Part shown: piece after piece, positions 1-10,011 of the stretch | Position numbering within the stretch: the stretch's first letter is position 1 | Layout of the letters: the number at the start of each line of letters is the position of its first letter | From: Lachnospiraceae bacterium | GTDB taxonomy: Bacteria; Bacillota; Clostridia; Lachnospirales; Lachnospiraceae | Assembly (NCBI GenBank): GCA_024692825.1 | Contig: JAILMB010000050.1 | Location: 686 to 64,685 of the forward strand | Reading direction: 5' to 3' | DNA length: 64,000 bases | Program-made: the position numbers and the translations under genes | The notes under the pieces: model-generated | What the model was told of the DNA's origin: nothing | The model's database searches: none | What the model saw: the letters and a program-made list of their open reading frames with translations, nothing else

Positions 1-36
1 CAAGGGTTTTTTTGAACGTTAGGAAAAGAGTTTAGT

Positions 37-744
37 TTGGCAGATTTAAAAGAATTTGAAAGTAAAATTAAATATGAATTTCAAGATAAAAGTCTTTTGA
101 AGCATGCATTGATTCATTCTTCTTATGCAAATGAAAAGCATATGAAGAAGTTTTCTGATAATGAAAAGTTAGAGTTTTTGGGCGATGCAGTTTTGGAACT
201 TGTTTCAAGTGAGTTTTTGTTCAATACCTATACAGAGTTATCAGAAGGAGATTTATCAAAACTCCGTGCCTCATTGGTTTGTGAACCAACTCTTGCTTAT
301 TGTACAAAGGCCATTGATTTGGACAAGTATGTATATTTAGGTAATGGTGAAGAACGAACGGGAGGACGTCAGAGAAAGTCTATTTTATCAGATGCATTAG
401 AAGCAGTTATTGGCGCAATCTTCTTAGATGGCGGAATCGAAAAGGCAAAGGCTTTTATCTTAGAATTTATATTAACGGATATTGAGCATAAGCGCTTATT
501 CCATGACAGTAAGACAACCTTGCAGGAAGTAACACAGGCAAAGTTTTCTGAAGGGGTGACCTATGTCATCGTTTCTGAAAATGGACCGGACCATGCCAAA
601 GAGTATGGGGTTCAGGCACTGGTTGGAAGTGAGGTCCTTGGAGAGGGAAAGGGCTCTTCTAAAAAAGCTGCAGAGCAGGAAGCTGCCTATCAGGCACTTT
701 TGAAACTCCACATGGAAAATAAGATTAATATTGTAAATAAATAA
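37..744 (+). CDS. rnc: Ribonuclease III
   Basis: 235 aa with a TTG start. Carries the RNase III signature NEKLEFLGDAVLE and a C-terminal dsRBD (KKAAEQEAAYQAL). Sits in the conserved rnc-smc-ftsY order. Confidence 0.9.
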   Translation: MADLKEFESKIKYEFQDKSLLKHALIHSSYANEKHMKKFSDNEKLEFLGDAVLELVSSEFLFNTYTELSEGDLSKLRASLVCEPTLAYCTKAIDLDKYVYLGNGEERTGGRQRKSILSDALEAVIGAIFLDGGIEKAKAFILEFILTDIEHKRLFHDSKTTLQEVTQAKFSEGVTYVIVSENGPDHAKEYGVQALVGSEVLGEGKGSSKKAAEQEAAYQALLKLHMENKINIVNK

Positions 745-761
745 TAGGGTAGAGGTAAGGA

Positions 762-3700
762 ATGTATCTTAAAAGTATTGAATTGCACGGATTTAAATCC
801 TTTGCTAATAAAATAGTGTTGGAATTTCATAACGGAATTACCGGTATCGTAGGACCAAACGGATCAGGAAAAAGTAATATTTCTGATGCGGTTCGTTGGG
901 TTCTAGGAGAACAGTCTGCAAAACAGTTGCGTGGTGCTTCCATGCAGGATGTTATTTTCGCGGGTACAGAAAACCGTAAGCCTTTGAGCTTTTCTTATGT
1001 TGCCATTACCATGGACAATTCTGATCATTTACTCCCAGTAGATTTTGACGAAGTAACAGTTGCCAGACGAGTATATCGATCTGGTGAATCTGAATATTTA
1101 TTAAATGGAACCCCTTGCCGATTAAAGGACGTAAACGAGTTGTTTTACGATACCGGTATTGGTAAGGAAGGTTATTCTATTATTGGACAGGGTCAAATTG
1201 AGCGAATTCTTTCAGGAAAACCGGAAGAACGACGTGAGTTATTTGATGAAGCTGCTGGTATTGTTAAGTTTAAAAAGAGAAAAGCTGCAGCTCAAAAGCA
1301 ATTAGATCAGGAACAGGAAAACCTTGTTCGTGTAAACGATATTTTAGGCGAATTGGAACGTCAGGTTGGACCTTTGGAACGTCAGGCACAGACAGCCAAA
1401 GAGTACTTAAAGAAAAAAGAAGAATTAAAGACCTTAGACGTTAACATGTTCTTAATTGAAATTGAACGTTTAACCAAAGAACTTCAGGAGATTACGGACA
1501 ACGCCGCTGTAGCGCAGGGACAGTTGGAAGAAACCAATAAAGAAAATGAGAAAATCAAATCTCAATATGCTTCTTTGGAAGAAGAAATCGAAAAGATGGA
1601 TGAAAAGATTGAATCCATTCGAAAGAATCAAAATGAGTCTACCTTAGCAAAAGGTAAATTAGAGACTCAGATTCAGTTATTAGAAGGCCAGATTAAAATG
1701 GCGGAATCTTCTGATGAGAACCTTGAAATGCGCCGTGGTGCAATTCTTGCAGAACAGGAAGAACATCAGGAAGAAAAGAACAAGTACTTAAAAGAAAAAG
1801 AAGAACTTGAAGCACTTTTAGAAGAGGCTGTTGGACGTCTTCAAAAGGCTAAGGACTACTTCCAGAATATTGAAGATGAAATCAACCGCTGTAACAGTGG
1901 AATTGAAAATAATCAAAAAGAGATTATGGACCTTTTAAATAAAAAGGCAACCATTAAATCAGAAGAGCAAAAGTTCAATACTATGTTGGAGCAAACCAAC
2001 ATTAGAAAAGCCCAATTGAATCAACGATTGCTTGCCCGTAAGACAGAAGAAGATGGATTCTCTGCACAAGAGGCAAAAGCAAAAGAAGAGTATGACATTG
2101 TTACAAAAGAACTTGAAGACTTGAAGTTGAAAGAATCCGACATGCAAAAAGAGGTGATTTCTTTCCGCAACAAGTTAAAGGATGCAAATATTTCTTCTTT
2201 TAACAAACAAAAAGAATTAACTCAAAAGCAGTCAAGACTTGAGTCTTTAAAGAATATAGCGGAACGCTATGATGGATATGGAAATGCCATTAAAAAAGTA
2301 ATGGACCAAAAATCCAGCAATAAGGGATTGCTTGGCGTTGTAGCGGATTTAATTCACGTAGATAAAAAATACGAAACAGCCATTGAAACAGCCTTAGGTG
2401 GAAATATTCAAAATATTGTTACCGAGGATGAAGAAACGGCGAAAAAGATGATTTCCTACTTAAAGGAAAATCACTTTGGACGAGCTACCTTTTTACCACT
2501 TACTTCTGTAGACGGAAGAGGAAACTTCAAGAAAAAAGAAGTGTTGGATGAAAAGGGTGTTATTGGATTAGCCAACGAGCTAATTGATTGTGATAAAAAG
2601 TATGACGGTGTTATCGCATACTTAGTTGGTCGTGTAGTTGTAGTAGATCATATTGATAACGCCATTGCCCTTGCAAGAAAGAATAACTATTCTTTACATA
2701 TTGTTACCCTAGAAGGTGAATATTTATCACCGGGTGGTTCTATGGCAGGTGGTTCCTTTAAGCATAAGGGAAATCTTTTAAGCAGAAACCGCGAGATTGA
2801 ACAGTTAGAAAAAGAAATCACAGACATCGAAAAGGAAGTCTCAGATTTAAAGAATCGTCAAGAAGAATTAGAGACAGCAATTGCACTTCATACTGACGAT
2901 TTAAAAGAACTTCAGTCTGATATTTCTCAAAAGGCACTCTCTCAAAATACTGCGAAGTTAAACTATGAAAGAGCAGTTTCTCAAAAGGAAGAAAGCCTTA
3001 AGGTTGCAGAAACCCTTCATGAGGAAGGAGCTGACATTGAACGTCAGATTCAGGGAATTGATGCTAATAAAAAACAAATTGTTCTTGATATGGAAGAAGC
3101 TGAGAAGCGAGAAGAACAGTTAAAGAAAGAAATCACAGAATTCCAGGAGAAGTTAGACGAGCAGACCTACATGGAAACATCAGCAAATCGTAATGTTGCT
3201 GAAGTTCAGGTAGAGGAAGCTTCTGCAAGACAAAAGGTTACCTTCGTAGATGAAAACCTGACTCGTGTTGAGAATGAACTTCAAAAAGATCAAAGAGATT
3301 TAGCTGATTTAGATCGTCAATCCAAAGATGCAAAGGTGGATGCTCAAAGAAAGAGAAATGATATTGAGTCTATTAAGGCCACCATTTCTGCTGCAGATGA
3401 TACCTTTAAAGCCTTAGAAGATGAATTAAAGGAATCTCTTTTAAAGAAGGAAGAGATGTCAAAGAGTTACAAAGGTTTCTTTGATAAAAAAGAAGAGATT
3501 TCAAAAGAAATTTCCCGTTTGGAAAAAGAGATTTATCGTTTGGATACTCAGCGTGAAAAAGCACAGGATGCCATTGAGTATCAGAATAATTACATGTGGA
3601 ATGAGTATGAGTTAACTCTTCATGCAGCCATGGAATTAAAGAATCCTGAGTACAACAATGGGGATGAAATGAGAAAGACCATTTCTAGTTTACGAGATGA

Positions 3701-4322
3701 TATTCGCCGTATGGGTAATGTCAATGTAAATGCCATTGAAGAATACAAAGAAATTTCTGAACGTTATACCTTCTTAAAGAATCAGCATGACGATTTAATT
3801 GAGTCGAAGGAACGTTTAAGTGGAATTATCGATGAGTTAGACAAGGGAATGCGTGAGCAGTTCTCTGCCAGATTTGAAGATATTAAAACGGAATTTGACA
3901 AGGCCTTTAAAGAATTGTTCGGTGGAGGAAAAGGTACTCTTGAACTGGTTGAGGGAGAGGATATTCTTGAAACCGGAATTAAGATTATTGCTCAGCCACC
4001 AGGAAAGAAATTACAGAATATGATGCAGTTATCCGGTGGTGAAAAGTCTTTAACCGCAATTGCACTGTTATTTGCAATTCAGAATTTAAAACCATCTCCA
4101 TTCTGTCTCTTAGACGAGATTGAAGCTGCCTTAGATGATTCTAACGTAGATCGATTTGCGAAGTACTTAAATAAACTGACTAAAAACACACAGTTTATTA
4201 TTATTACACACCGTCGTGGTACCATGACTGCTGCAGACCGTCTATACGGTATTACCATGCAGGAAAAAGGTATTTCTACTTTGGTATCTGTAAACTTAAT
4301 AGAAAATGATTTAGAGGATTAA
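762..4322 (+). CDS. smc: Chromosome segregation protein SMC
   Basis: 1186 aa. N-terminal Walker A GPNGSGKSN, long coiled coils, a hinge region, and C-terminal signature LSGGEKSL plus Walker B LLDEIEAALD. Confidence 0.96.
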   Translation: MYLKSIELHGFKSFANKIVLEFHNGITGIVGPNGSGKSNISDAVRWVLGEQSAKQLRGASMQDVIFAGTENRKPLSFSYVAITMDNSDHLLPVDFDEVTVARRVYRSGESEYLLNGTPCRLKDVNELFYDTGIGKEGYSIIGQGQIERILSGKPEERRELFDEAAGIVKFKKRKAAAQKQLDQEQENLVRVNDILGELERQVGPLERQAQTAKEYLKKKEELKTLDVNMFLIEIERLTKELQEITDNAAVAQGQLEETNKENEKIKSQYASLEEEIEKMDEKIESIRKNQNESTLAKGKLETQIQLLEGQIKMAESSDENLEMRRGAILAEQEEHQEEKNKYLKEKEELEALLEEAVGRLQKAKDYFQNIEDEINRCNSGIENNQKEIMDLLNKKATIKSEEQKFNTMLEQTNIRKAQLNQRLLARKTEEDGFSAQEAKAKEEYDIVTKELEDLKLKESDMQKEVISFRNKLKDANISSFNKQKELTQKQSRLESLKNIAERYDGYGNAIKKVMDQKSSNKGLLGVVADLIHVDKKYETAIETALGGNIQNIVTEDEETAKKMISYLKENHFGRATFLPLTSVDGRGNFKKKEVLDEKGVIGLANELIDCDKKYDGVIAYLVGRVVVVDHIDNAIALARKNNYSLHIVTLEGEYLSPGGSMAGGSFKHKGNLLSRNREIEQLEKEITDIEKEVSDLKNRQEELETAIALHTDDLKELQSDISQKALSQNTAKLNYERAVSQKEESLKVAETLHEEGADIERQIQGIDANKKQIVLDMEEAEKREEQLKKEITEFQEKLDEQTYMETSANRNVAEVQVEEASARQKVTFVDENLTRVENELQKDQRDLADLDRQSKDAKVDAQRKRNDIESIKATISAADDTFKALEDELKESLLKKEEMSKSYKGFFDKKEEISKEISRLEKEIYRLDTQREKAQDAIEYQNNYMWNEYELTLHAAMELKNPEYNNGDEMRKTISSLRDDIRRMGNVNVNAIEEYKEISERYTFLKNQHDDLIESKERLSGIIDELDKGMREQFSARFEDIKTEFDKAFKELFGGGKGTLELVEGEDILETGIKIIAQPPGKKLQNMMQLSGGEKSLTAIALLFAIQNLKPSPFCLLDEIEAALDDSNVDRFAKYLNKLTKNTQFIIITHRRGTMTAADRLYGITMQEKGISTLVSVNLIENDLED

Positions 4323-4324
4323 TT

Positions 4325-5263
4325 ATGGCAGAAGAGAAAAAAGGATTCTTCCAGAAACTCATAGCTGGATTAACAAAAACGAGAGATAATTTTGTGAAAA
4401 ACATGGACTATGTCTTTCGTGGATTTACCAACATTGACGAAGAGTTTTATGAAGAACTGGAAGAGATTTTAATATCTGGTGATATTGGTGTACGTACAAC
4501 AGAAGAGATATTAGATGATCTTCGAGGAAAGGTAAAAGAACAAAAAATTAAAGAACCTGCAGATTGTAAAGCTCTTTTAATTGATAGTATTAAAGAGCAG
4601 ATGGATATTGGTGATGCTGCTTATGAATTTGAAAACAAAACCTCTGTGATTCTAGTGGTTGGTGTCAATGGTGTTGGCAAAACTACAACCATCGGAAAAC
4701 TGGCATCGAAGTTTAAAGCCCAAGGGAAAAAGGTGGTGCTTGCAGCAGCAGATACATTCCGGGCAGCGGCAGGAGATCAGTTAAAAGAATGGGCGAACCG
4801 TGCAGGGGTAGAAATCATCGGTGGTCAGGAAGGAAGTGACCCGGCTGCAGTTGTTTATGATGCCCTTCAATCTGCTAAGGCAAAAAAAGCAGATATTCTA
4901 TTAATTGATACAGCAGGAAGATTACACAATAAGAAAAACCTCATGGATGAACTTGGAAAGATCAATCGCATTGTTTCTAAGGAATATCCAGAAGCCTATA
5001 GAGAGACCTTGGTTGTAGTAGATGCAACAACAGGGCAAAACGCTTTGGTACAGGCCAAGGAGTTTTCGGAAGTAACAGATTTATCCGGTATTGTACTTAC
5101 GAAGATGGATGGCTCTGCAAAGGGTGGTATTGCCGTAGCAATTCAATCAGAACTTCATATTCCGGTGAAGTATATTGGAGTTGGTGAAACGGTAGATGAT
5201 TTGGAAAAATTCAATGCGGACCAATTTGTGGAAGCATTGTTTTATACAAAGGAAAATGCTTAA
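4325..5263 (+). CDS. ftsY: Signal recognition particle receptor FtsY
   Basis: 312 aa. SRP-GTPase motifs GVNGVGKTTT, DTAGR and TKMDG. Lies immediately after smc. Confidence 0.95.
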   Translation: MAEEKKGFFQKLIAGLTKTRDNFVKNMDYVFRGFTNIDEEFYEELEEILISGDIGVRTTEEILDDLRGKVKEQKIKEPADCKALLIDSIKEQMDIGDAAYEFENKTSVILVVGVNGVGKTTTIGKLASKFKAQGKKVVLAAADTFRAAAGDQLKEWANRAGVEIIGGQEGSDPAAVVYDALQSAKAKKADILLIDTAGRLHNKKNLMDELGKINRIVSKEYPEAYRETLVVVDATTGQNALVQAKEFSEVTDLSGIVLTKMDGSAKGGIAVAIQSELHIPVKYIGVGETVDDLEKFNADQFVEALFYTKENA

Positions 5264-5294
5264 TCTTTATTAAGCAGGGAAAGAAGGAAAAAAG

Positions 5295-6506
5295 ATGTTA
5301 GAAAAAAAAGATTTTGACGAGGCTTGTAGTGTTGTAGATAAGGTGCGTCTTGAAACAAAGCTTATTTACAGCGAATTTATGAGCGAAAAAACCGGAGCAA
5401 ATGTTTATTTGAAACCGGAAAACATGCAGTTTACAGGTGCTTATAAGTTGAGAGGTGCTTATTATAAAATAAGTACTCTATCAGACGAGGAACGAAGCAG
5501 AGGATTAATTACCGCTTCTGCAGGAAATCATGCTCAGGGAGTTGCCTATGCTGCAAAGAAATTTGGTGTGAAAGCGACCATCGTAATGCCAACTACCACA
5601 CCTTTAATTAAGGTGAATCGTACCAAAAGCTATGGAGCTGAAGTGGTTTTAGTTGGGGATGTTTATGATGAAGCCTGCGAATATGCCCTAAAACTTGCAG
5701 AAGAAAAGGGACTTACCTTTATTCATCCATTTGATGATTTGGCAGTTGCAACAGGTCAGGGTACCATTGCAATGGAGATTATTAAGGAATTACCTTTGGT
5801 TGATTATATTTTGGTACCAATTGGTGGTGGCGGATTAGCCACAGGAGTTTCTACCTTAGCCAAATTAATCAATCCTAAAATTAAAGTAATTGGTGTAGAA
5901 CCTACCGGAGCAGCTTGTATGAAAGCTTCTTTGGAAAAGGGAGAGGTAGTTACCCTTCCTACAGCAAATACAATTGCAGATGGTACTGCAGTTAAGACAC
6001 CGGGAAAGAATATTTTCCCATACTTAAAGAAGAATCTGGATGAGATTATTACAGTAGATGATGATGAATTAATCGGTGCCTTTTTAGATATGGTAGAAAA
6101 CCATAAGATGATTGTAGAAAACTCTGGTTTACTAACCTTTGCTGCAGCTACTAAGCTAAAGGCAAAAGGAAAGAATGTGGTTTGTATTTTATCTGGCGGC
6201 AATATGGATGTCATTACCATGTCATCCGTTGTACAGCAGGGATTAATTTTTAGAGATCGTATTTTTACGGTTTCTGTATTACTTCCTGATAAGCCAGGTC
6301 AGTTAGCAGCTGTTTCCCAGACCATTGCTGATGTACAGGGAAATGTTATCAAACTCGAACATAACCAGTTTGTATCTACCAACCGTAATGTTGAAGTGGA
6401 ACTTCGCATTACCTTAGAAGCATTTGGTAAAGAACATAAAGAACAGATTTTAGATGCCCTTGATAAGGGTGGCTATAAACCAAAGATTGTAAGAACCAGT
6501 TTATAA
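5295..6506 (+). CDS. ilvA: Threonine ammonia-lyase (threonine dehydratase), short form with C-terminal ACT-like domain
   Basis: 403 aa. PLP-lysine motif FTGAYKLRGA and glycine loop GGGGL. The C-terminal ~80 aa resemble a regulatory ACT domain. Confidence 0.85.
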   Translation: MLEKKDFDEACSVVDKVRLETKLIYSEFMSEKTGANVYLKPENMQFTGAYKLRGAYYKISTLSDEERSRGLITASAGNHAQGVAYAAKKFGVKATIVMPTTTPLIKVNRTKSYGAEVVLVGDVYDEACEYALKLAEEKGLTFIHPFDDLAVATGQGTIAMEIIKELPLVDYILVPIGGGGLATGVSTLAKLINPKIKVIGVEPTGAACMKASLEKGEVVTLPTANTIADGTAVKTPGKNIFPYLKKNLDEIITVDDDELIGAFLDMVENHKMIVENSGLLTFAAATKLKAKGKNVVCILSGGNMDVITMSSVVQQGLIFRDRIFTVSVLLPDKPGQLAAVSQTIADVQGNVIKLEHNQFVSTNRNVEVELRITLEAFGKEHKEQILDALDKGGYKPKIVRTSL

Positions 6507-6509
6507 TTT

Positions 6510-6878
6510 ATGAAAAAGAATGATATTATTTTAATCTTAATTATATTGGTCATAAGTGGAGCCGGACTTTTTGTATTACATGCTACAAAAAGTTCCGGTT
6601 CTTTTGTGAAGATAACCGTTGATGGAAATGTTGTGGCAACCTATGATTTGTCGGTGAATCAAACCTATGAGTTAGAAGGGTATGAAGGGGGCTATAACAT
6701 TCTTGTAATCGAAAATGGAGAAGCTTATTTTCGGGAGGCGGACTGTCCTGATTTGGTTTGCGTAAAATCAGGAAAGATTCATAAGGTAGGAGAGACCATT
6801 GTTTGTTTGCCCCATCGGGTGGTAGCAGAAATTGTAAATGAAGGAGAAGATGCCGAAGTTGATACGGTGTCACAATAG
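6510..6878 (+). CDS. NusG domain II-containing (DUF1312-type) membrane-anchored protein
   Basis: 122 aa. N-terminal signal anchor and the characteristic CPDLVCV...CLPHRV motif of this family. Paired with a Gx transporter gene, as is typical. Confidence 0.6.
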   Translation: MKKNDIILILIILVISGAGLFVLHATKSSGSFVKITVDGNVVATYDLSVNQTYELEGYEGGYNILVIENGEAYFREADCPDLVCVKSGKIHKVGETIVCLPHRVVAEIVNEGEDAEVDTVSQ

Positions 6879-6880
6879 GA

Positions 6881-7378
6881 ATGAAGAGTAGGAAAATTGC
6901 AATGTATGGCCTATTGATTGCCCTGGCCTTTGTTTTGAGTTATTTAGAAAGCTTAATTCCGGTGTTTATTGCAGTGCCTGGAGTAAAACTGGGCTTAACG
7001 AATTTAGTGGTCTTAATCGCCTTTGTTCGACTGGGCAAAAAAGATGCCTTTATCATTAATGTCATACGAATTCTTTTGGTGGGATTTACCTTTGGGAATA
7101 CCTATTCTCTTTTGTATAGTTTGGCAGGTGGTATTTTAAGCTACCTTGCCATGCTTTTGTTATGGAAAAGAAAGTCCTTTAGTTTACTGGGAGTATCTGT
7201 AGCAGGTGGAGTTTGCCACAATATCGGACAGATATTAGTAGCCATGACTGTCTTAGAGACGGGGGCATTGATTTATTACCTTCCAATTCTTATGATATCA
7301 GGTACCATTGCTGGAATTCTTGTTGGAATTCTATGCAAAGAGGTAATCAAACGTCTGCCCCGGAATTTAGATTCGTAA
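6881..7378 (+). CDS. Gx transporter family protein (formerly 'heptaprenyl diphosphate synthase component I'-like)
   Basis: 165 aa polytopic membrane protein with the family-typical PGVKLGLTNLVVL segment. Starts 2 nt after the NusG-II gene. Confidence 0.6.
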   Translation: MKSRKIAMYGLLIALAFVLSYLESLIPVFIAVPGVKLGLTNLVVLIAFVRLGKKDAFIINVIRILLVGFTFGNTYSLLYSLAGGILSYLAMLLLWKRKSFSLLGVSVAGGVCHNIGQILVAMTVLETGALIYYLPILMISGTIAGILVGILCKEVIKRLPRNLDS

Positions 7379-8677
7379 TTATTTATTTGAAATTGATGAA
7401 AGGGTTTCGTAGAAAGTAGGGTAGGAAATGTCCACACACTCCGGATGATCGAGTGTGGTCTCCCCATTGGCACATAAAGATGCAATGGCAAAGGACATAG
7501 CAATTCTATGATCCATATAGGTATGAATGTTGGCTCCGTAAAAGAAATCGGAGCCTTTTTTGTTTGATTGGCCGTGGATGATCATTCCATCATCAAGGGC
7601 TTCACAAGAAACGCCCATAGCAGATAGATTCTCAATGACCGTATCAATTCGGTTACTTTCTTTTACTTTTAGTTCGCTGGCATCTTTTATGATGGTATCT
7701 CCCTTTGCACAGGCTGCCATTACAGCAATTACAGGAATCTCATCAATAAGGGTAGGGATGAGATCACCGGAAATCTCACAACCAGCCAGATCTGATGTAG
7801 TGATATGCAAATCGCAAACTTCTTCTCCGGAAACAATTCGTCTATTTAAAAATTCTAAAGACGCACCCATAGTCTTTGCGACGTGAAGGATACCGGCTCT
7901 TGTAGGGTTTGTATTTACATTTTCAATGAGCAAATCTGCATTTGGACAAATTGCGCCTGCAACAATAAAATAAGCGGCACTGGAAATATCTCCGGGAACG
8001 GAAATCTTTTGTCCATATAATTTTGGATTTGGGGTAATGGTTGCTGTTGTACCAAGAGATGTCACATTGGCACCAAAGCCATTAAGCATTAACTCGGTGT
8101 GATTTCTTGAAAGTACAGGTTCTGTAACAGATGTTTCTGAATCAGCATAAAGACCTGCCAAAAGTACACAGGATTTTACCTGGGCAGAGGCAACGTTTGA
8201 CTCGTAAGAGATACCTTTTAATCCATTTGTAGCTGGAGAAATTCGAAGAGGAGCGCAATCATTTCCTTTTAGGGAGGTGATATTGCTTCCCATTTGTAAG
8301 AGAGGCGTCATAATTCGCTTCATTGGTCTTTTTTGAATAGATTCATCCCCGTTTAATTCGCTGATAAAGGGTTGACCGGCTAGAATTCCGCTAATGAGTC
8401 TTGTAGTGGTTCCGCTGTTTCCTACATCTAACATGTTCGTTGGAGCTGATAGTCCATGAAGTCCTTTCCCGTGAATGGTCACATGTTCTCCTTCGTGTGT
8501 AATGGAAATTCCCATGCTTCGAAAACAGTTCATGGTAGAGATACAGTCGGCTCCGTTTAAAAAGCCATCTAATTCTGTAATTCCTTCGGAGATGGCACCA
8601 AACATGATTCCTCTGTGGGAAATGGATTTGTCTCCGGGTACTTTAATTTTTCCTTTAAGTGAAGTAATTCTTTTCAT
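7379..8677 (-). CDS. aroA: 3-phosphoshikimate 1-carboxyvinyltransferase (EPSP synthase)
   Basis: 432 aa with the N-terminal VPGDKSISHR, LDVGNSGTTTRL and full-length EPSP synthase resemblance. Confidence 0.95.
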   Translation of the reverse strand: MKRITSLKGKIKVPGDKSISHRGIMFGAISEGITELDGFLNGADCISTMNCFRSMGISITHEGEHVTIHGKGLHGLSAPTNMLDVGNSGTTTRLISGILAGQPFISELNGDESIQKRPMKRIMTPLLQMGSNITSLKGNDCAPLRISPATNGLKGISYESNVASAQVKSCVLLAGLYADSETSVTEPVLSRNHTELMLNGFGANVTSLGTTATITPNPKLYGQKISVPGDISSAAYFIVAGAICPNADLLIENVNTNPTRAGILHVAKTMGASLEFLNRRIVSGEEVCDLHITTSDLAGCEISGDLIPTLIDEIPVIAVMAACAKGDTIIKDASELKVKESNRIDTVIENLSAMGVSCEALDDGMIIHGQSNKKGSDFFYGANIHTYMDHRIAMSFAIASLCANGETTLDHPECVDISYPTFYETLSSISNK

Positions 8678-8699
8678 TTTGAGTAATCTTTTCTTTCTA

Positions 8700-9815
8700 T
8701 TAATCTACGGTATGTACGCCGTATGAATTTTTCTGGAGTAGATCTTTGGCTTTTTGAAGGTCTTCTTTTGATGCCATCTCAATATGTAGTACACCAGCTT
8801 CATACTCACGGTTATTTACAATGCCGATATTTTTGATACTTAAATTTTCGGAAGCCAATAGGGTTGCAATTTTGGCAATTCCACCAGTTTCGTCCTTTAA
8901 ATCACAGTATAATTCGAAGCTAACAGGTAAAACACCGGTTTTTTTCAATGGCAGGGAATCCCGGTAGTCCTTGGCTTCTGAAAACAGTTCTAAGAGCCTC
9001 TTTTCGTCGGAGTCCATAACGGCTGATTCAAAATCTGACAGCTGATTTTTATACAGTGAAATCAGGGTTAAGATTTCTTCCTTGTTCTCTAAACAGATAT
9101 TTTGCCACATTACAGGAGAGGAGGAGGAGATTCTTGTAATGTCTTTAAATCCTCCGGCCGCAATTGTTTTTAAAGTCTGATCTTTGGTTTCATTATTTTT
9201 TACTAAATTTACGAGGGCAGCACTCATTATATGCGGAAAATGAGAAATGGCTGCTGTGGCAAAATCGTGTTCTTTGCAACTAAGGCGAAGAGGAATCGCT
9301 CCAAGGGATTGGATTAACTCATAAAAGTCCTGCAAAATCCCTTCGTCTTTAAATCCTTCTGATGTAATAATGTAGTAGGCGTTTTCCAATAAATCAGCAG
9401 AAGCATTGTGAAAGCCGATTTTTTCAGAACCAGTCATAGGATGTCCGCCGATGAAATGATCTTCTAGACCTAAGTCTGAAACAGCCTTATGAATATCTCC
9501 TTTGACACTTCCTACATCTGTAAGTATACAGGTCGGCTTTAAATAAGGTTTTAGCTGCTTTAGATAATCAATATTTACTTTTACCGGGGAGCATAAAAAA
9601 ACAAGATCGAAGGAGCCAAAGTTCTCTAAAGGTATAAAATCTTTGTTTTGAATCACACCTTCCTCATAGGCTTCTTCTAAAGTTTCTTTGTGAAATGCAT
9701 GGGCATATATTTGAATGGAAGGGTCAGTTTTCAAAAGTGCTTTTGCAATGGAACCTCCGATTAACCCTAATCCAATAAATCCAACAGTTTTAATTTCCAA
9801 TCTTTTTTCCTCCAA
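8700..9815 (-). CDS. tyrA: Prephenate dehydrogenase with C-terminal ACT domain
   Basis: 371 aa with a TTG start preceded by AAGGAAG. Rossmann motif GLGLIGGS and HPMTGSE motif. Lies upstream of aroA on the same strand. Confidence 0.9.
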   Translation of the reverse strand: MEEKRLEIKTVGFIGLGLIGGSIAKALLKTDPSIQIYAHAFHKETLEEAYEEGVIQNKDFIPLENFGSFDLVFLCSPVKVNIDYLKQLKPYLKPTCILTDVGSVKGDIHKAVSDLGLEDHFIGGHPMTGSEKIGFHNASADLLENAYYIITSEGFKDEGILQDFYELIQSLGAIPLRLSCKEHDFATAAISHFPHIMSAALVNLVKNNETKDQTLKTIAAGGFKDITRISSSSPVMWQNICLENKEEILTLISLYKNQLSDFESAVMDSDEKRLLELFSEAKDYRDSLPLKKTGVLPVSFELYCDLKDETGGIAKIATLLASENLSIKNIGIVNNREYEAGVLHIEMASKEDLQKAKDLLQKNSYGVHTVD

Positions 9816-10011
9816 ATTCTTCCTTATTTTATCGTATTTATAGGGATTTTAAAAGGATAAGAGAGAATGGAAAATAAAATTAGAAAAAATATAATAATTT
9901 TCATTGTTTTCTGAAAGTGAGTTGGGTAAAATTGAATTAACAGATTAAATATACGACCAAAGGAGCAGTTGTTTGCAAACTTTGTAGACTCGTAGGAAAT
10001 GGGGGACCGGC

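Noticed and set aside
5804-6220. 138-aa antisense ORF inside the threonine dehydratase gene
   Set aside because: It is a shadow ORF opposite a strongly supported CDS, with a low-complexity translation.
7560-7886. 108-aa + strand ORF, and other ORFs of 60-120 aa listed antisense to aroA, EF-G, leuS, ABC-F, glgA, mutS and others
   Set aside because: All are fully embedded opposite, or out of frame with, long and well-supported CDSs. They have no independent signals.
9867-9914. 15-codon mini-ORF (MENKIRKNIIIFIVF) with an AGGA 9 nt upstream, in the tyrA / EF-G2 divergent intergenic region
   Set aside because: Such mini-ORFs arise easily in AT-rich spacers. There is no attenuator structure downstream and I cannot assess conservation.
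9971-9980. Perfect 10-bp palindrome GTTTGCAAAC about 30 nt upstream of the EF-G2 start, a possible operator
   Set aside because: A 10-bp perfect palindrome is expected about 60 times by chance in 64 kb (64000 x 4^-5). The arms do not extend, and it matches no motif I know.
9816-10011. Promoters for tyrA (- strand) and EF-G2 (+ strand), or a T-box or riboswitch, in the 196-nt divergent spacer
   Set aside because: I could not find -35/-10 pairs with acceptable spacing and both critical -10 positions on either strand. No conserved riboswitch core was visible either. Promoters must exist here, but I cannot place them.
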